From: Podarcis filfolensis | Taxonomy: Eukaryota | DNA length: 64,000 nt | Reading direction: 5' to 3' (one strand) | Assembly (NCBI GenBank): GCA_964270895.1 | Contig: OZ185439.1 | Shown: positions 10,926 to 23,607 of the stretch, one piece after another | How positions within the stretch are numbered: position 1 is the stretch's first letter | How the letters are laid out: each line of letters starts with the position of its first letter | Translations under genes and position numbers: made by a program | Notes under the pieces: generated by a model | What the model was told of the DNA's origin: nothing | Database searches by the model: none | The model's input: only the letters and a program-made list of their open reading frames with translations

Positions 10926-13900
10926 CTGAGGTAGTGTGGCTTTGACTACCATTGCTCTCCTGGCTTCCCAACACAATGGGTCCCTGGTGGTTACCAAGAG
11001 GGAGAGAGGATGTGCAAGGAGCTTGGCCTGGAGCAGTGCATGGCGGTGGGGGCTTCAGACTGGAGCAGTGGTCTTCCACCAATGCCATCTCAATGGCTGC
11101 TAGTGGCTTAGGGAGTCCCTGTCCTGCCTTGAGATGCCTCTCTAATGGTGTGGTCCAACTCAGAAATGTGAGGACCTTCTCAGAATCACCCTGATTCACC
11201 TCATAATTTGTGTACCTACAGAGCTGGTGCACTGGGCTCTCATCCCCTTTGATGCAACAGCACTACCCACAAACACATGTGGTTGCACATAGGTCTCACT
11301 GGTATCAAGCAGAACTTTAAAGTTAAAGAATAGCCAAACAGTGGATATGTATATCTTAAGAAAGCAAAGGCCTCCTCGTTTTAAAGATCAACTGGCCTGT
11401 AAAGATGAGCCAGTGGCTCAGTGGTGTTCTAAAAAGAGCCAGAAGAGAAGAGCACCTCCACTCCTTTCTGTGAGGAGGGTCTTCTGTTCTCCCTCTGCCT
11501 GCTCATTATGGATGCAGCAGATGGAGTGGAAGATGTTCATCCAGAAGCCACCAAACCGGATCGAACCCAAGTATTCCAGTGTAATTTGTGGGTTGGACAG
11601 TAAAGATTTACATCCTTTCAGCATGATTATGTGGGCAATGAAGTCACGGAAATATCCAACTGAATAATAAAAACATACCACATTTGTGAAAAAGATACTT
11701 ACTGTGTGCCATGTGTTCAGGAAGTCAAGTAACCTTGTTTTTATTAAAAATTATTTTAAATTAAAAAGTATTTTCTGTTTTGATTTATACTGCCTTACCT
11801 ATCACTTTTGTAACCAAAGAGTACAGGGTGATTTATTTGGATGCTTTGGTTCCATAACCAATCCTGTATGTGTGCAGAATATTTATTTTAGTTAGTCATT
11901 TAAAAAATGGATACACCGTTTCTTCAAGGCTTGACATGGCTTCCAATAAAACTTATTTTTTTAATGAGAGTAGCAAGAATTTAGACTATCTCTGGGCTCC
12001 TCTAAATGTCCTGTTTATTGAGCATTCATTCTGATTTGCTTGCATAAAACTGAAACAGTGGTTAGCCTATGGCCAGTATATATCGAACATTTGTTCCTTT
12101 TTTTTTGTGGGGCACTTATACAACAATGAACATTCCTTTTGATTTGCTTGCAGGGTGTTTACACATCTTTCCATTAATCATTCGTTTACCCCACACTTTT
12201 CAATGCATTTCCCCTTCTCTTTCCAAATCTCAACAATTCTTATTCATGTATTTATTGCATTTGTCATGCTTGAATTGCGCAAACTTAAAATACTGCTAGG
12301 AGCATGAATCCCTCAATCAGAGTCCCCACAAGACAATCTGGAGGCATGTTGTGTCACAGGCGACACCCCAAACCCAGTGAAATACTCAGAAGCAGCATAG
12401 ATAAGTGGGTGGGGATTGTTTGTGTAGGAAGTTCAAGGAGAATTCGTTTTGAAGGTTGGATTTTGTGTGTGGAATATGAATTTCTCTTTACCTAAGCAAT
12501 TTGCAGTGAACAGATTTCCAGCTGATATGGATGGCAGGTAATGTGGCTTTTCTAAGTGCTAATAAAATCTAGACCATTTGGCCCAATTGTATAAATTAGG
12601 CATGGAGCACCAAAATCAAGAAAAATATTAGACATTCCTGTCTAGTATTTCCCCCTTACCTATCTTGTTTGTTTTGGCCCCCAAATATACTTTTTGGGTG
12701 CATCTAAAAATTCAGTGGAACAGAAAAGGGCTTGCTGTTTTTGTGAAAATCTATTGCGTAAGGAAGTCTTAATCCCTCAGTGTAAGTGGATGCAATTTGA
12801 AATAAGAGTTTACTACAACTGAAGTTTCGTGCTGCCTGATTTGAATATTAGTGGAACCCCTTCCCGAAATGAAACAAACACAGAATTCTGCCTCTCCCCA
12901 CTGCTTCCTTTCCTTATGGTAGCAGCTGCCCTTGTTTAGGAGGACACTCTACCCAGACAACACAAACATGAACAGAGCGACAATGGACTCTTTGCAGGCC
13001 TCGTCAGTTACCTGACTCCGCCGAGCGTAGGTGCTAGCCAAGCTTCTTCAAGTCCACTCTGCCCCACTACACCACAAGGGCTCTCTGATTTTATTTACTA
13101 TTTATAAGCAAGAAAAGACTGTTTAATTAGTTGCTGTTTGGGCAGTATTATTCTCTAAGAAGAGCAGTGCTTGCTAGCATCCTTTCCACGAGATTTTGTT
13201 TATGTAAGAGTGTGTGTGATGCATATCTTCAGGCCTACATTTGGAAATGTGGTTGGCTGGTTTTAAGTGCTTCAGCTGAAACTCATAGTTCTTCCTTCTG
13301 TGTGCTTCCCTGCCTTTTTGGCAAGCCAAGTTAAGAAAAGAAAAAACCTTAAGAGATACTCAAAAGTGATGCTCTGGGGAGTAGTGTTTATTTGCTAACT
13401 TCATCTTCTGCAGAGCAGTAGGGGGTCCTCCTCACAAAGTATTGCTTCCTTGTGTTGCTCCACCATGGCCAAGAGTACAAACAGATTTCAGAAAGCTGCT
13501 GCTAAAACACATATTGATTTTCTTGGCAGCAACTATTGTGATTTACGGCAGGCTCTGAAGACTCATAAGTTCAAGCAATGGGCAAGATCTGCTGTGTGGA
13601 TAACAGACAGGAAATGTCTTTCCAGTCTTGGCTGAATTAGTAGAATGGAAAGCTTGTCCAACATTTCATACGCAGATATGTGTTTAGCTTTACTTGAGTT
13701 TAAAAAATCGTGTCGTCTTTGCTCTAACAGGATGTCAAATTAGGACAGCACTGGTTGGCACTTTCAGCTTCAAATGCTCATTTGTGGAATTACGCCAGTG
13801 ACTTTTGTCTGAGATGGTACGCCAACAATTTTTGTGCTATCTAGGATTTCATGTGCCGTTATCCATTTCCCTAACTTGGTGCCTCAGTCCTAATACTGTA

Positions 13901-14882
13901 TATGGGAGGCAGGCATCCAGAGGGAACAACTTGGGCAATGCCACCCAACTGCACTCAATGTGTTTTGAATATATGCAGTTTGGACAATAGGCACGATTCC
14001 TGGAATGAATGTAACCCCTGTGTAAGTTGCAGACCTGGGACTCAGCTAGACTGGCAAAGAAAAAGTGATTTATATGTGTTGTATGTGCAATATAACATTG
14101 TGCCACCAGACAGAGATGTGGAGTCCCATTTTTCTCTACCTGTTTTCCTTGTTTAAATTTACAACGCTTTAATCTGAAAACGCTTCTTTGATGCGTCTAG
14201 ATCCAGCCTTACTGTAAAGTTATTTATATCCACAGGTACTTCCTGCCTTCTCTGCATTCTGGTAGGCACCCAATTTATGCCCACCAAAACCAAAAGCAAA
14301 AATAACAATTTGAAGACAGTCTGTAAAGTGGAAATGTGCATAGGAATTTGTCTCATAATGAAAGCAATTGGCAGCATGCACATTAAATGCACATGCTGAA
14401 GTACATTGTATTTACAGCTGTGTGGTTTCTGAAAGCAATGCTATCCAAGACAATGAGTCAGAAAAGCAGAAAACAGTATAAAAATAAAGGGACAGGCTTT
14501 GTGCATCCCTATTATTTGTTAATTTTGCTGTTGGCTTAGTTCATGTCTGAGCACAGCTGAAAGGCTGGGGTACTTTTACATGTTTCGTTAATTAATGAGC
14601 ACACTACTGCGGTTTAAAACACTGCGTGCTAAACAAGGACTGCACTTAGAAAATCTTGGACAAAATTCACAGCAATGAGCAAGGAGAAAAAGTCAGGGCT
14701 ACTGATGAAATAAATGGAAAGAATCTGTTGCTTGTGACAGATTCAAACCATGTTAGGTATGCTATGCAACAAATTCTAATTAATTTGGCCTGGAAATATT
14801 TAAGCAATGTGGCATGATAGAGCATAGAGCAAAGGAGATGCCAACAGCCCTTAATCTGCTGCTAAGTATTGTCTTCTCAGCA

Positions 14883-15408
14883 CAGAATCATAGGATCATA
14901 CAACTGTAGAGTTGGAAGGGACCCCAAGGGTCATTTAGTCCAACCCCTGCAATTCAGGACTCTCAGCTAAAGCATCCGTGACAGATGGCCTTCCAACAGC
15001 AGGGTATACTGTTCTCCCACTGCACTTGCAGATTGGAACAGGTGCTTTTTGGCATTCAAAACAATGATAGATATTTTCATGAACTGCTTTAATTGCTTTA
15101 GGAATTGCTTTAATTGTTTTGGAATTGTAGTAGAGACTTTGACTTGAATACTGATGCCTCTTTCTCTGGATTCTCGGATATCTGCCTGTCAAACGGAATA
15201 TCTAGTCATGAAACATCCTTCAGTTGATTATTGAAATATGATTTATCTAGCCCTTTAGATATTTGAAGGTGGTTATCTTATCTCCTCTCTGTCTCCTCTG
15301 TTCCAGGCCAAACATACCCAGCTCCTTCAACCATTCCTCATAAGGCTTTCCAGACCCTTGATCATCTTGGTAGCCCTCCTCTGCACCTGTTCCAGCTTGT
15401 CAATATGA
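14883..15408 (-). mobile_element. CR1 3' fragment in two pieces (14883-14996 and 15249-15408)
   Basis: CR1 tail tgtagagttggaagggacccc and upstream ccctttagatatttgaag...ccagctccttcaacc, separated by unrelated sequence. Confidence 0.8.
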
Positions 15409-16344
15409 ACTGATGGTTTATCTCTTCACACAATTAATCCTTTACCAATTCCACTCCCCCCCCCATGTTTACAATAGAATATTTGAAACTTCCCTCACCG
15501 TACAATAACTTCTTCATCACCATATCCACATAGTATACAATATAGTGGCATCATTCCACACCCTGGAATGAGTCACTTGAGACAATTTTGCAAAAAAGTT
15601 TGGCTACCACTGATCTAATCCTTTTTTATTCCTTTTCCTTTTTAATAAATTCTTTAAAATCTAGGCATGAAGCAAGAGCAAAAAAGCAACACAGAAATTT
15701 GCTTACGACTGAACAAAAGTCAGCTGAAGTTGTTTCTGAATGGAAAATTGGAAGCAAACACATAACTGTTGCAAAAACTGGTGTTTGTGATTCAATAGGT
15801 GTCTGAACTTTCATATCAGAATATGTGTTAAAACAATGACTCAGCAGAGTGTAGAAGGGATCCTGTAGTAGCTGTTGCTCTGAAAGCATTAAAACAACAG
15901 AACGGCACTGGAGTTTCAGTCAAAAAAATAAGATACTTTGCTTACAACTAAAAACACCATCTACAAGCAGAAGAATGAAGTGGTACAGCTTCTCCTGTCT
16001 TGGACATTTGGATTATTCTCCTGAAATCAAAACGCACACCATGTGGATGGAAAACTAGCATCTCGGAGGGAAGGATTCAGCGCACCCCTCTCCCCCAAAT
16101 GCTATATTTTCCATGATATATTGTGAATCATGATGTGTGTGTGTGTGTTCTATGTAAAAACTCGTGATGTGGGAAAAACTGTGAAGCCAGTCATCGTTTC
16201 TCTCAGGATTCCTTCTGCTCTGTTGCTCTGAACTATAAAACAACAGTTGTAGCAATATGTGAAGGTAAGTAAAAATGTATACATTTTAGACCCCCTAAGT
16301 CACACCAGGACATTGCCCTGTTCACCTCTACATAGTTACATCCT

Positions 16345-16545
16345 TATTTCAGACATCGTGATATATCAGTATATCACAGTGTTTACCTGGTGATATATCA
16401 CAATGTTAAAAGCCAGGCATCACTCAGGCCTCACACACATCATAATTTGTGCTATATTGCCAGGTCAAAAATTATGAAACCAAGACCATGATATGGGCTT
16501 CAAACCAGTTTTGGACGATATATTGATATATTGCCCAGCCCTAGT
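16345..16545. mobile_element. hAT-like MITE relic
   Basis: Right terminus gatatattgcccagccctag with repeated gatatat subterminal motifs. Confidence 0.5.
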
Positions 16546-17021
16546 ATCCAATTGGATGGTCCTAGGAAAGTTATCTGTGGTTTAATTCCAGCATTTGAAA
16601 CTCAGGCACATTCTTTCTCTGATCGTGATCTACCTGTTGGACATGTCTGAGCTACAACAAGGATGTGTAAACTGGGAAAGAACAAAGTTCCATTCACGTA
16701 GTCAAATCTTAGAGAACGGGGAATCCAGCATTTGGGGAAACAGTACAATGTTTGTGGCCTATCACACCCTTGGATTGACAACCAGTTTTACAATATTTTG
16801 AGGAGAAATAGCAATTTTCACTATTTCTATTGATACAGTATAAAACAAGTGATCAAAACCTTCCATTAGTCATCTAATGATACCCTTGAGACAATAATTA
16901 CATAATACAGAATAATCATAGATTATTATTATTTTTGCTCCTATAAGAATGAACCTTCAGTCTTTTAAAGCTTTCTAAAACAGGGATGGCAGAACAGTGT
17001 GTCTTTGCATGAGACACAAGG

Positions 17022-17151
17022 TAAGGCTTTTAGAAGACATCTAAAGGCAGCCCTGTATCGGGTAGTTTTTAATGTTTGACATTTTATTATGTTTTTAGAT
17101 TTACTGGAAGCCGCCCAGAGTGGCTTGGGAAACCGAGGCAGATAGGCGGGG

Positions 17152-17196
<45 letters not shown>

Positions 17197-17197
17197 C
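17022..17197 (+). mobile_element. L2 LINE 3' end with (TTA)n tail
   Basis: aaggcagccctgtat...ggaagccgcccagagtggct...ggcgggg followed by a (TTA)n run. Confidence 0.8.
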
Positions 17198-17230
17198 TGT
17201 TACCCCACCATCATTTAGCGGCATCATACA

Positions 17231-17366
17231 CAGTGCTTTTTTCCTGGGGGTACGCACACCCCTAAACATTTTGTGAATCTAAGTTTGGCCTCATCGAGGG
17301 GCAGTATTTCAATATGAGTAGGAAAATGAGAGTACCTCTAAACATTTTTTAAGAAAAAAAGCACTG
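17231..17366. mobile_element. hAT-type MITE
   Basis: TIRs cagtgcttttttc / gaaaaaaagcactg; 8-bp TSD atcataca / gtcataca. Confidence 0.85.
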
Positions 17367-17420
17367 GTCATACAAGTGCCCTTTGCTCCTCTCTATGAGA
17401 GGGAGGGAGGGAGGGCTTAC

Positions 17421-17912
17421 AGTGTCCAGTTAAAGGGATGTCCTAGTCCCGCTCTATTCTGCCTTGGTCAGACCACACCTGGAATACTGTGTCCAGTTCT
17501 GAGCACCACAGTTTAAGAAGGAGGTTGATAAGCTGGAACGTATGCAAAGGTTGAGGGTGTTGGGTATATTTAACCTGTAAAAGAGAACATATGATAGCCG
17601 TTTTCAAATATCTCAAGGGCTATCACATGCAGCAAGCTTGTTTTCTCCTGCTCCTGGGCATAAGACCCAAACCAATGGATTCAAGCTACAATAAAAGAGA
17701 TTCCAACTAAACATCAGGAAGAACTTTCTGGCGGCGGTAAGAGCTGTTTGACAGTGGAACAGTCTCCCTCGGAAGGTGGTGGACTCTCCTTCCTTGGAGG
17801 TTTTTAAGCAGAGGTTGGATGGCCATCTGTCACGGATGCTATAGTTGAGATTCCTGCATTGCAGGGGGTTGGAATAGATGACCTTTGGTGTACCTTCCAA
17901 CTCTACAATTCT
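17421..17912 (+). mobile_element. CR1 LINE 3' end
   Basis: ctctattctgccttggtcagaccacacctggaatactgtgtccagttctg...ccttccaactctacaattct; degraded ORF2 C-terminus. Confidence 0.92.
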
Positions 17913-19004
17913 TTGGTTTTTTAGGCAGGGGTTTGCAGAAGGACAACATTGATACTTGTTGTTTCCCAAACACTATATACCACATTACATTGCATTTATC
18001 TACCTATGTAAAAAAAAGCAGTATATGCAAATGGAATGGTATATTATGCAGAGGGCAAATACCTGTCTCTTATGTGCATCATCAAGCCATGTTCAAGACT
18101 GTCGTATTGTCCCATTGTCTGCTGAAAATCTAAGCAGTGATTCACATCAGGCCAAAGGACAGGTGCAAAGTTGCCATTCTTCATTTCCTTTTACACCTGA
18201 AAAGCTAAGAAAGAGAATATTAAAGTGAGAACGCGCACCTTTAGAACATTTCTAGCTTCTGATTCTTTTGATGTATTAATTATTACATTCTAAAATGATA
18301 GGCATTTATATGTACGTGTGTGAGTGTTTGATGTTTAATTTTTGCATGGCTAGAGCAACTATTGGTTCCCGGTGGTTTTTCTGTATGCCAGTGTTGAGCA
18401 TTCCTCTGAACTCTTCTGGTAAGATCCATATAAAAGCCAAATAAATAAATAAACTGTAGGTTTGATTGACTATATAGCTTATTGATACCTTCATGTTCAC
18501 TTCGTGATCCCTGCCTGGCTGAGAAGAGGTCCATTCAATTAAATAACAACCAGGGGTGTGGGGTGTGTGGCAAAGGGACATTTACAGATGGGAACAATTG
18601 CTGTGTAGAGGAACCAAAAATGGTATGAAAAAATGGGGGATTCCCCCCTCCATGAGCCTCACCCTCTCTCCATCCCAAATGTTTGCAGAAAAACCTGAAC
18701 CCTACAAAAAATAGATTCAGCCCTTCACTCGGTAATTCAAGCTGTTCCATGTATCCCTGTGTGAAAAGGAACCTTTTTCAAAAACATTATGCCTTTCCCC
18801 AAGGCTTTCAGATAAATGACGTTATGCTCCAAGTTAATGCTGTTTCACCAGAATCAACTTTACTTGTAAAGATCCTTAACCCTGTGAGAGTTTCATGGGA
18901 ATAAGGCTGTCAGTCACTATTATAACTATAATGTTTCCAGGCTGAAATGGGTATTTATTCCCAAAGGATTATTGTTCCAGAAGACAGTCTGGATATAAAT
19001 CTTA

Positions 19005-19009
<5 letters not shown>

Positions 19010-19046
<37 letters not shown>
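19010..19046. repeat. (TA)n microsatellite
   Basis: Uninterrupted TA run. Confidence 0.98.
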
Positions 19047-19049
<3 letters not shown>

Positions 19050-19338
19050 ACTGTTCAATCTGAGTGCAGGATCCAAATATTGTGAAGGGACAAATAATTT
19101 TGAATGACTATCAACAGTTTGCTTTGTTAAGTCTTCCATCGAAGTTATCAAGCTTTGGAGCTAAATTGGAGGAGGAAAAGGAATTAATTTTATTAGATGA
19201 TACTAATTAAAAGCAGTTCAGGTAGATTTTCACAGAACTCCACCCACACAGTTCTTCTGCATAGATATTAAGGTAGCAAAATGACATCAGCGGAACAAAT
19301 CGCCATTGGCTGGTAAGTGATCCAGAGGGCAGTTCACG

Positions 19339-19351
19339 GTTGCTTAGCAAC
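19339..19351. promoter_or_regulatory. Candidate RFX X-box
   Basis: GTTGC-TTA-GCAAC palindrome flanked by retained CpGs in unique sequence; motif match only. Confidence 0.35.
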
Positions 19352-19564
19352 GTCTGGAAGCTGATTTTTAGTATTAACCCTTCCATAGTCCTCACAGAAT
19401 GTAACCTACTCCCTCAAGCAAGACAAAGAAACAGTAATGGATTTGCAAACTTTAATCACCAGATTAAAGCTTTAAGCGATTCTTCAGTGTGGACCAATTT
19501 TAATCAGTGAGAGCAAACTTTAACCATTGACACAACCACACCCACACTCAAATTAAGACTATTT

Positions 19565-19688
19565 TAAGGTTACTAGATTTTTTTCAGTGAATCCGGGGAC
19601 ACTTTTCAACTTCAATGGATTTTGTATGGGGACTGATTTGTAAATCCGGGGACTCTCCCTGGGAAACAGGGACGTCTAGTAACCTTAG
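19565..19688. mobile_element. hAT-type MITE
   Basis: Perfect 13-bp TIR taaggttactaga / tctagtaacctta; flanks gactattt / cactattt; internal gggac motifs. Confidence 0.8.
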
Positions 19689-19764
19689 CACTATTTCGGT
19701 CTTTGTTTTTTGTTTTTAGTCTATTTTGGTTCTGGCTATATTAAATATATACTGATTAAAATGT

Positions 19765-20109
19765 GGGAAGCGGGTAGCACTGTGGTCTAAACCACTGAGC
19801 CTCTTGGACTTGCCGATCAGAAGGTTGGTGGTTCGAATCCCCGCAACGGGGTGAGCTCCGTCCCAGCTCCTGCCCACCTAGCAGTTCAAAAGCATGCCAA
19901 AAAGTGCAAATAGATAAATAGGTACCGCTCCGGTGGGAAGGTAAACGGCATTTCCGTCTGCTGCTCTGGTTCACCAGAAGCGGCTTAGTCATGCTGGCCA
20001 CATGACCCGGAAGCTGTCTGCAGACAAACGCCAGCTCCCTTGGTCTATAGAGCGAGATGAGTGTGCAACCCCAGAGTGGACCTAATGGTCAGGGGTACCT
20101 TTACCTTTT
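19765..20109 (+). mobile_element. Sauria SINE, full length
   Basis: Complete head to tail; 13-bp TSD tatattaaatata at 19737-19749 and 20110-20122. Confidence 0.95.
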
Positions 20110-21027
20110 TATATTAAATATAGTCTTTCCATCAAACAATGAATGTTGACTTTTAATTAAATTGTAAAATATCTTAAAGAGTTCTCACTCTCTCAAGAAA
20201 GCACCTGCAGCTGAGGTTTTGGTACTCTCCGTCTTTATTTAAAGGTAACTGTTTAAGTCTTTATAAACAGACGATCCCAAATTGAAACTCCCCTTTGCCA
20301 TGAACCTATGAGGTGGCCTTAAGGCAAACTATTTCTCTGTCTGGCTTAGCCCTCCTTCTCCTATGGGCAGGGTTGGCCTCAGACATTTTGGCACGGAGGT
20401 GAACTACAAAATGTTGCTCCGCCCCACCAAGGAAGAAGGGAGTCATGAAGATCTACATTGGAAACAAGGAGGGGAATCAAATCAATATTACCCAACAGCT
20501 GAAGTGGGAATCAAAGGTGGTGGTGCCCTCAATGTGATTCATTCCTTGAGGTAGGAAGAGACCAGCAGTCATGGCCAGAGCCAGGAATTATGTTGGGAGG
20601 GGGCAGCAGCACACCCACCTGTCATAATCCTCTATCTGGCTCTGGCTAGCAGATTCAGAATGAAATGTCTCAAAAACCGTTGTTTTTAATTACTGACTTT
20701 TGACCCCAGGTGCTCAAAATCTGTCAAAATCTGTCAACAAATTTCTACTTTTAGTTAGGTATTTTTGTTCATTTGCTTGATTTTGGGGGAGAGCAGCTGC
20801 CCCCCTGCCTACGCCCATGCCAGCAGTGCCTCCTATTCGCCAAGAGATCATTGTAGAGATGCCAGGGGGTGAGGAACAGATAAGTAGGTGGCAGAACTGG
20901 CCTCCAAGCAACACATGGCAGCAGCAGCGGGCAAGGCATTATTTGGAGACCAGATCTGCTGCCCCTGTGGATCCTGCCACTTGACGCAGTTGCCTCACCT
21001 TGTTTGAGGGTTGGTCTGACCCTACCT

Positions 21028-21259
21028 CTCCTGCCAACCTAGCAGTTCGAAAGCACGTCAAAGTGCAAGTAGATAAATAGGGAAGGTAAACGGCGTTTCC
21101 GTGCGCTGCTCTGGTTCACCAGAAGCGGCTTAGTCCTGCTGGCCACATGACCCGGAAGCTGTACGCTGGCTCCCTAGGCCAATAAAGCGAGATGAGCGCC
21201 GCAACCCCAGAGTCGGCCACGACTGGACCTAATGGTCAGGGGTCCCCTTTATCCTTTAC
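21028..21259 (+). mobile_element. Sauria SINE, 5'-truncated
   Basis: 12-bp TSD ctgaccctacct at 21016-21027 and 21260-21271. Confidence 0.95.
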
Positions 21260-23607
21260 CTGACCCTACCTATGGGGTAATAATAACCACCTACTTTACA
21301 GGGTTGTGGCAAGGATTAAGTATTATGTACAGTATGTACGAACCCTTTGAACACTCAAAAGACCTATACTATTGATTAATTAGTCAATCAGTCAATTATT
21401 TGTCAACAATGTTATTTAATCATCCTAATTTTTGGATATCATGCGTTTGGTTTAAGGTGGTTAAAATTGTGCTATAATTCAGTTGAACAGTACTGTGTTT
21501 TGTTGTAGTTTTCTATCATCTTATTATCTACTCTAAGCAAGTAAATGCACACTTTAAAAAAAAACATTTCATTGCATAGCTATGGTAGCTGGTCAAAGGG
21601 TTGGCACCTCAGTTTTGGCAATAGGCTTGAGTTCCTCCCAGAACTTTTCCACAGCCCTGTGCCACATCACTTGAGAGGCCCCTTCCTCCCTGCTGCACAT
21701 TTAATGGGCTTGGTGGGACTCCATTGACTTGTGCCGCTAGAACTGCTAGTGCCTGCACTGCTTCCTCCTGAACCCGATATCCTTGTTCCTGTTGAGAAAT
21801 GCCTGTTGTTACAGCACTTGGAAAGGGCAGAACATGAGTTGCGAAGCAGGTGATGAACACACCAGTAACCTTGACTCTAGCAGGTCTGGGAAACAAGGCA
21901 GGCCACTCTAGATATATGGAATTCTGGAATATATGGTGCATTTGTCCTTATTGGATGGTGTTCAAACAAAAGGTGTTCAGTTGATAATAGCTGACAATTG
22001 GCAAACATTTCAATCCAAACTCTACCCAACCACATAATTATGCATTGCCAAAAAGTAAATTTATTCTGCCAACCACCTGGTAGGATTTACAGAGATATGA
22101 ATAATGCTATCCTTTGGGTCAAACTTAATCACATTTAAATGGCCTGCCTCTGACAGTTCCAAATCTTGTTTGAATTATGGTGCAGCTTCAGAGGGAGCCA
22201 AATTAATTTGCAAGGGGAAGTACATTCTGAATCTTTTTTCTGAAGCCAAAACAGGTTCACAAGTTACACATAATTCTCTGTTTTCTTGTTTACTATATTA
22301 ATCTGGTTAAGCTTTAAACACCAAGCTATTATTCACTGGACAACCGACCAAGCATGAGTTTTGCATTATGCATTCCCCCTTCTTTGATAGGTCAAATGCC
22401 AGCCCTGCTGAAAACCTTTAATCAGAATTCCACATTTGATTCCAGTCTCATTCTAAGTTCACCTTCTAAGTTTCCAGGCTAGCAGTCAGAAAGAAAAACG
22501 CAGGTTTGCATTGCTCGTCTCCCTATGGGCTGCCTGCAGTTTTTGACCTACAGGCTTCTTTCTGCGCAGAATGTGTAGGTGGAAGCAATCTTGGAAACGT
22601 TGGGCTACATTCTGAGTTCTGATTCACATTTCTTAAAGTTTTGCGTAAACATGAGCAGCTGAATTATTCATGAAGTTCCTCTCCCTTTTGCTAAGACTGC
22701 AGGGTTGTTTGTTTTTAACAAGAAGGGGGAGAAAATGCTTCTATGCTCATTTTATTCACAGCATTTTGCCACACAGCAACCATAAAAGCAAGCAAGAAAG
22801 CAAGAGCCCTAAATCTTTGCGTAATATAGCACAATGCAGAGATGCTAATGTCCTTTACTATTTCAAAGGCTTGCAAGATTAAAATGGTAATAACCCTTAA
22901 ATCGCTCACTTGTTTGCTTTCACAAGCCATAGAAAGAACCTTGATTCATTCTTTACATTTCAGATTAACTTTTTAGCATAACCCATTCTGATTTTTGAAC
23001 ACCGAATGAAGGCCACAAATATGGTGCAGGTCAGCCAGGTTTTGTGAGGCCCCAGTCACAGAAGGGCCCTTCATCACAGATCCTTTGCGCTTCTTCTCAT
23101 GAAAGGATTTCAGGTATTTGAGCCACTGCTAACCAGAGTGTGCAAGATTGGGCAAGATGGAGCAAGGCTCTGACTCAGCCTCAAATGCTAGGTCCCTTTC
23201 TCAGATGTTCAGCTTTTGTCCAGAAAGATTAAAAAGTACATTTCCCCGCCCAATGAAATCAAGCAGGCACCTTCAATGTATTGTTATGAGTTGGTGGGTA
23301 CAAGACACCTTAAATTCTGGATCAGGCTTCGTGTTAAGGCTCATGTGTTAAAACAGTGTGTCAGATTCCCATGAGTTAGAATCTAATCAAGATCCGTGTA
23401 TATTAGGCTGTGTGTCAGACAACCCTTTAATCCTAGGTAATCAAGAAGTGCTAATTTCCTTTTGAGGTGATGGCCTGGGGATGAACCATTAAGACAACAT
23501 AATGGATCAAGGGAAATTTTCGTTTGCAAATGAGTGGTCTCCCTCCATCTACTGACAGTTAGTTTAAAAGACAATGCCAGTATTTTAGGGTAATTTAGGA
23601 GTGAAGT

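Noticed and set aside
11560-11650. KSLLSNPQITLEYLG as a DIRS/Gypsy RT motif
   Set aside because: No YxDD motif at the expected distance upstream.
19282-19351. MHC class II-like S-X-Y promoter module
   Set aside because: The order and orientation of the X-box, CRE-like site and CCAAT box do not fit the fixed X1-X2-Y arrangement.
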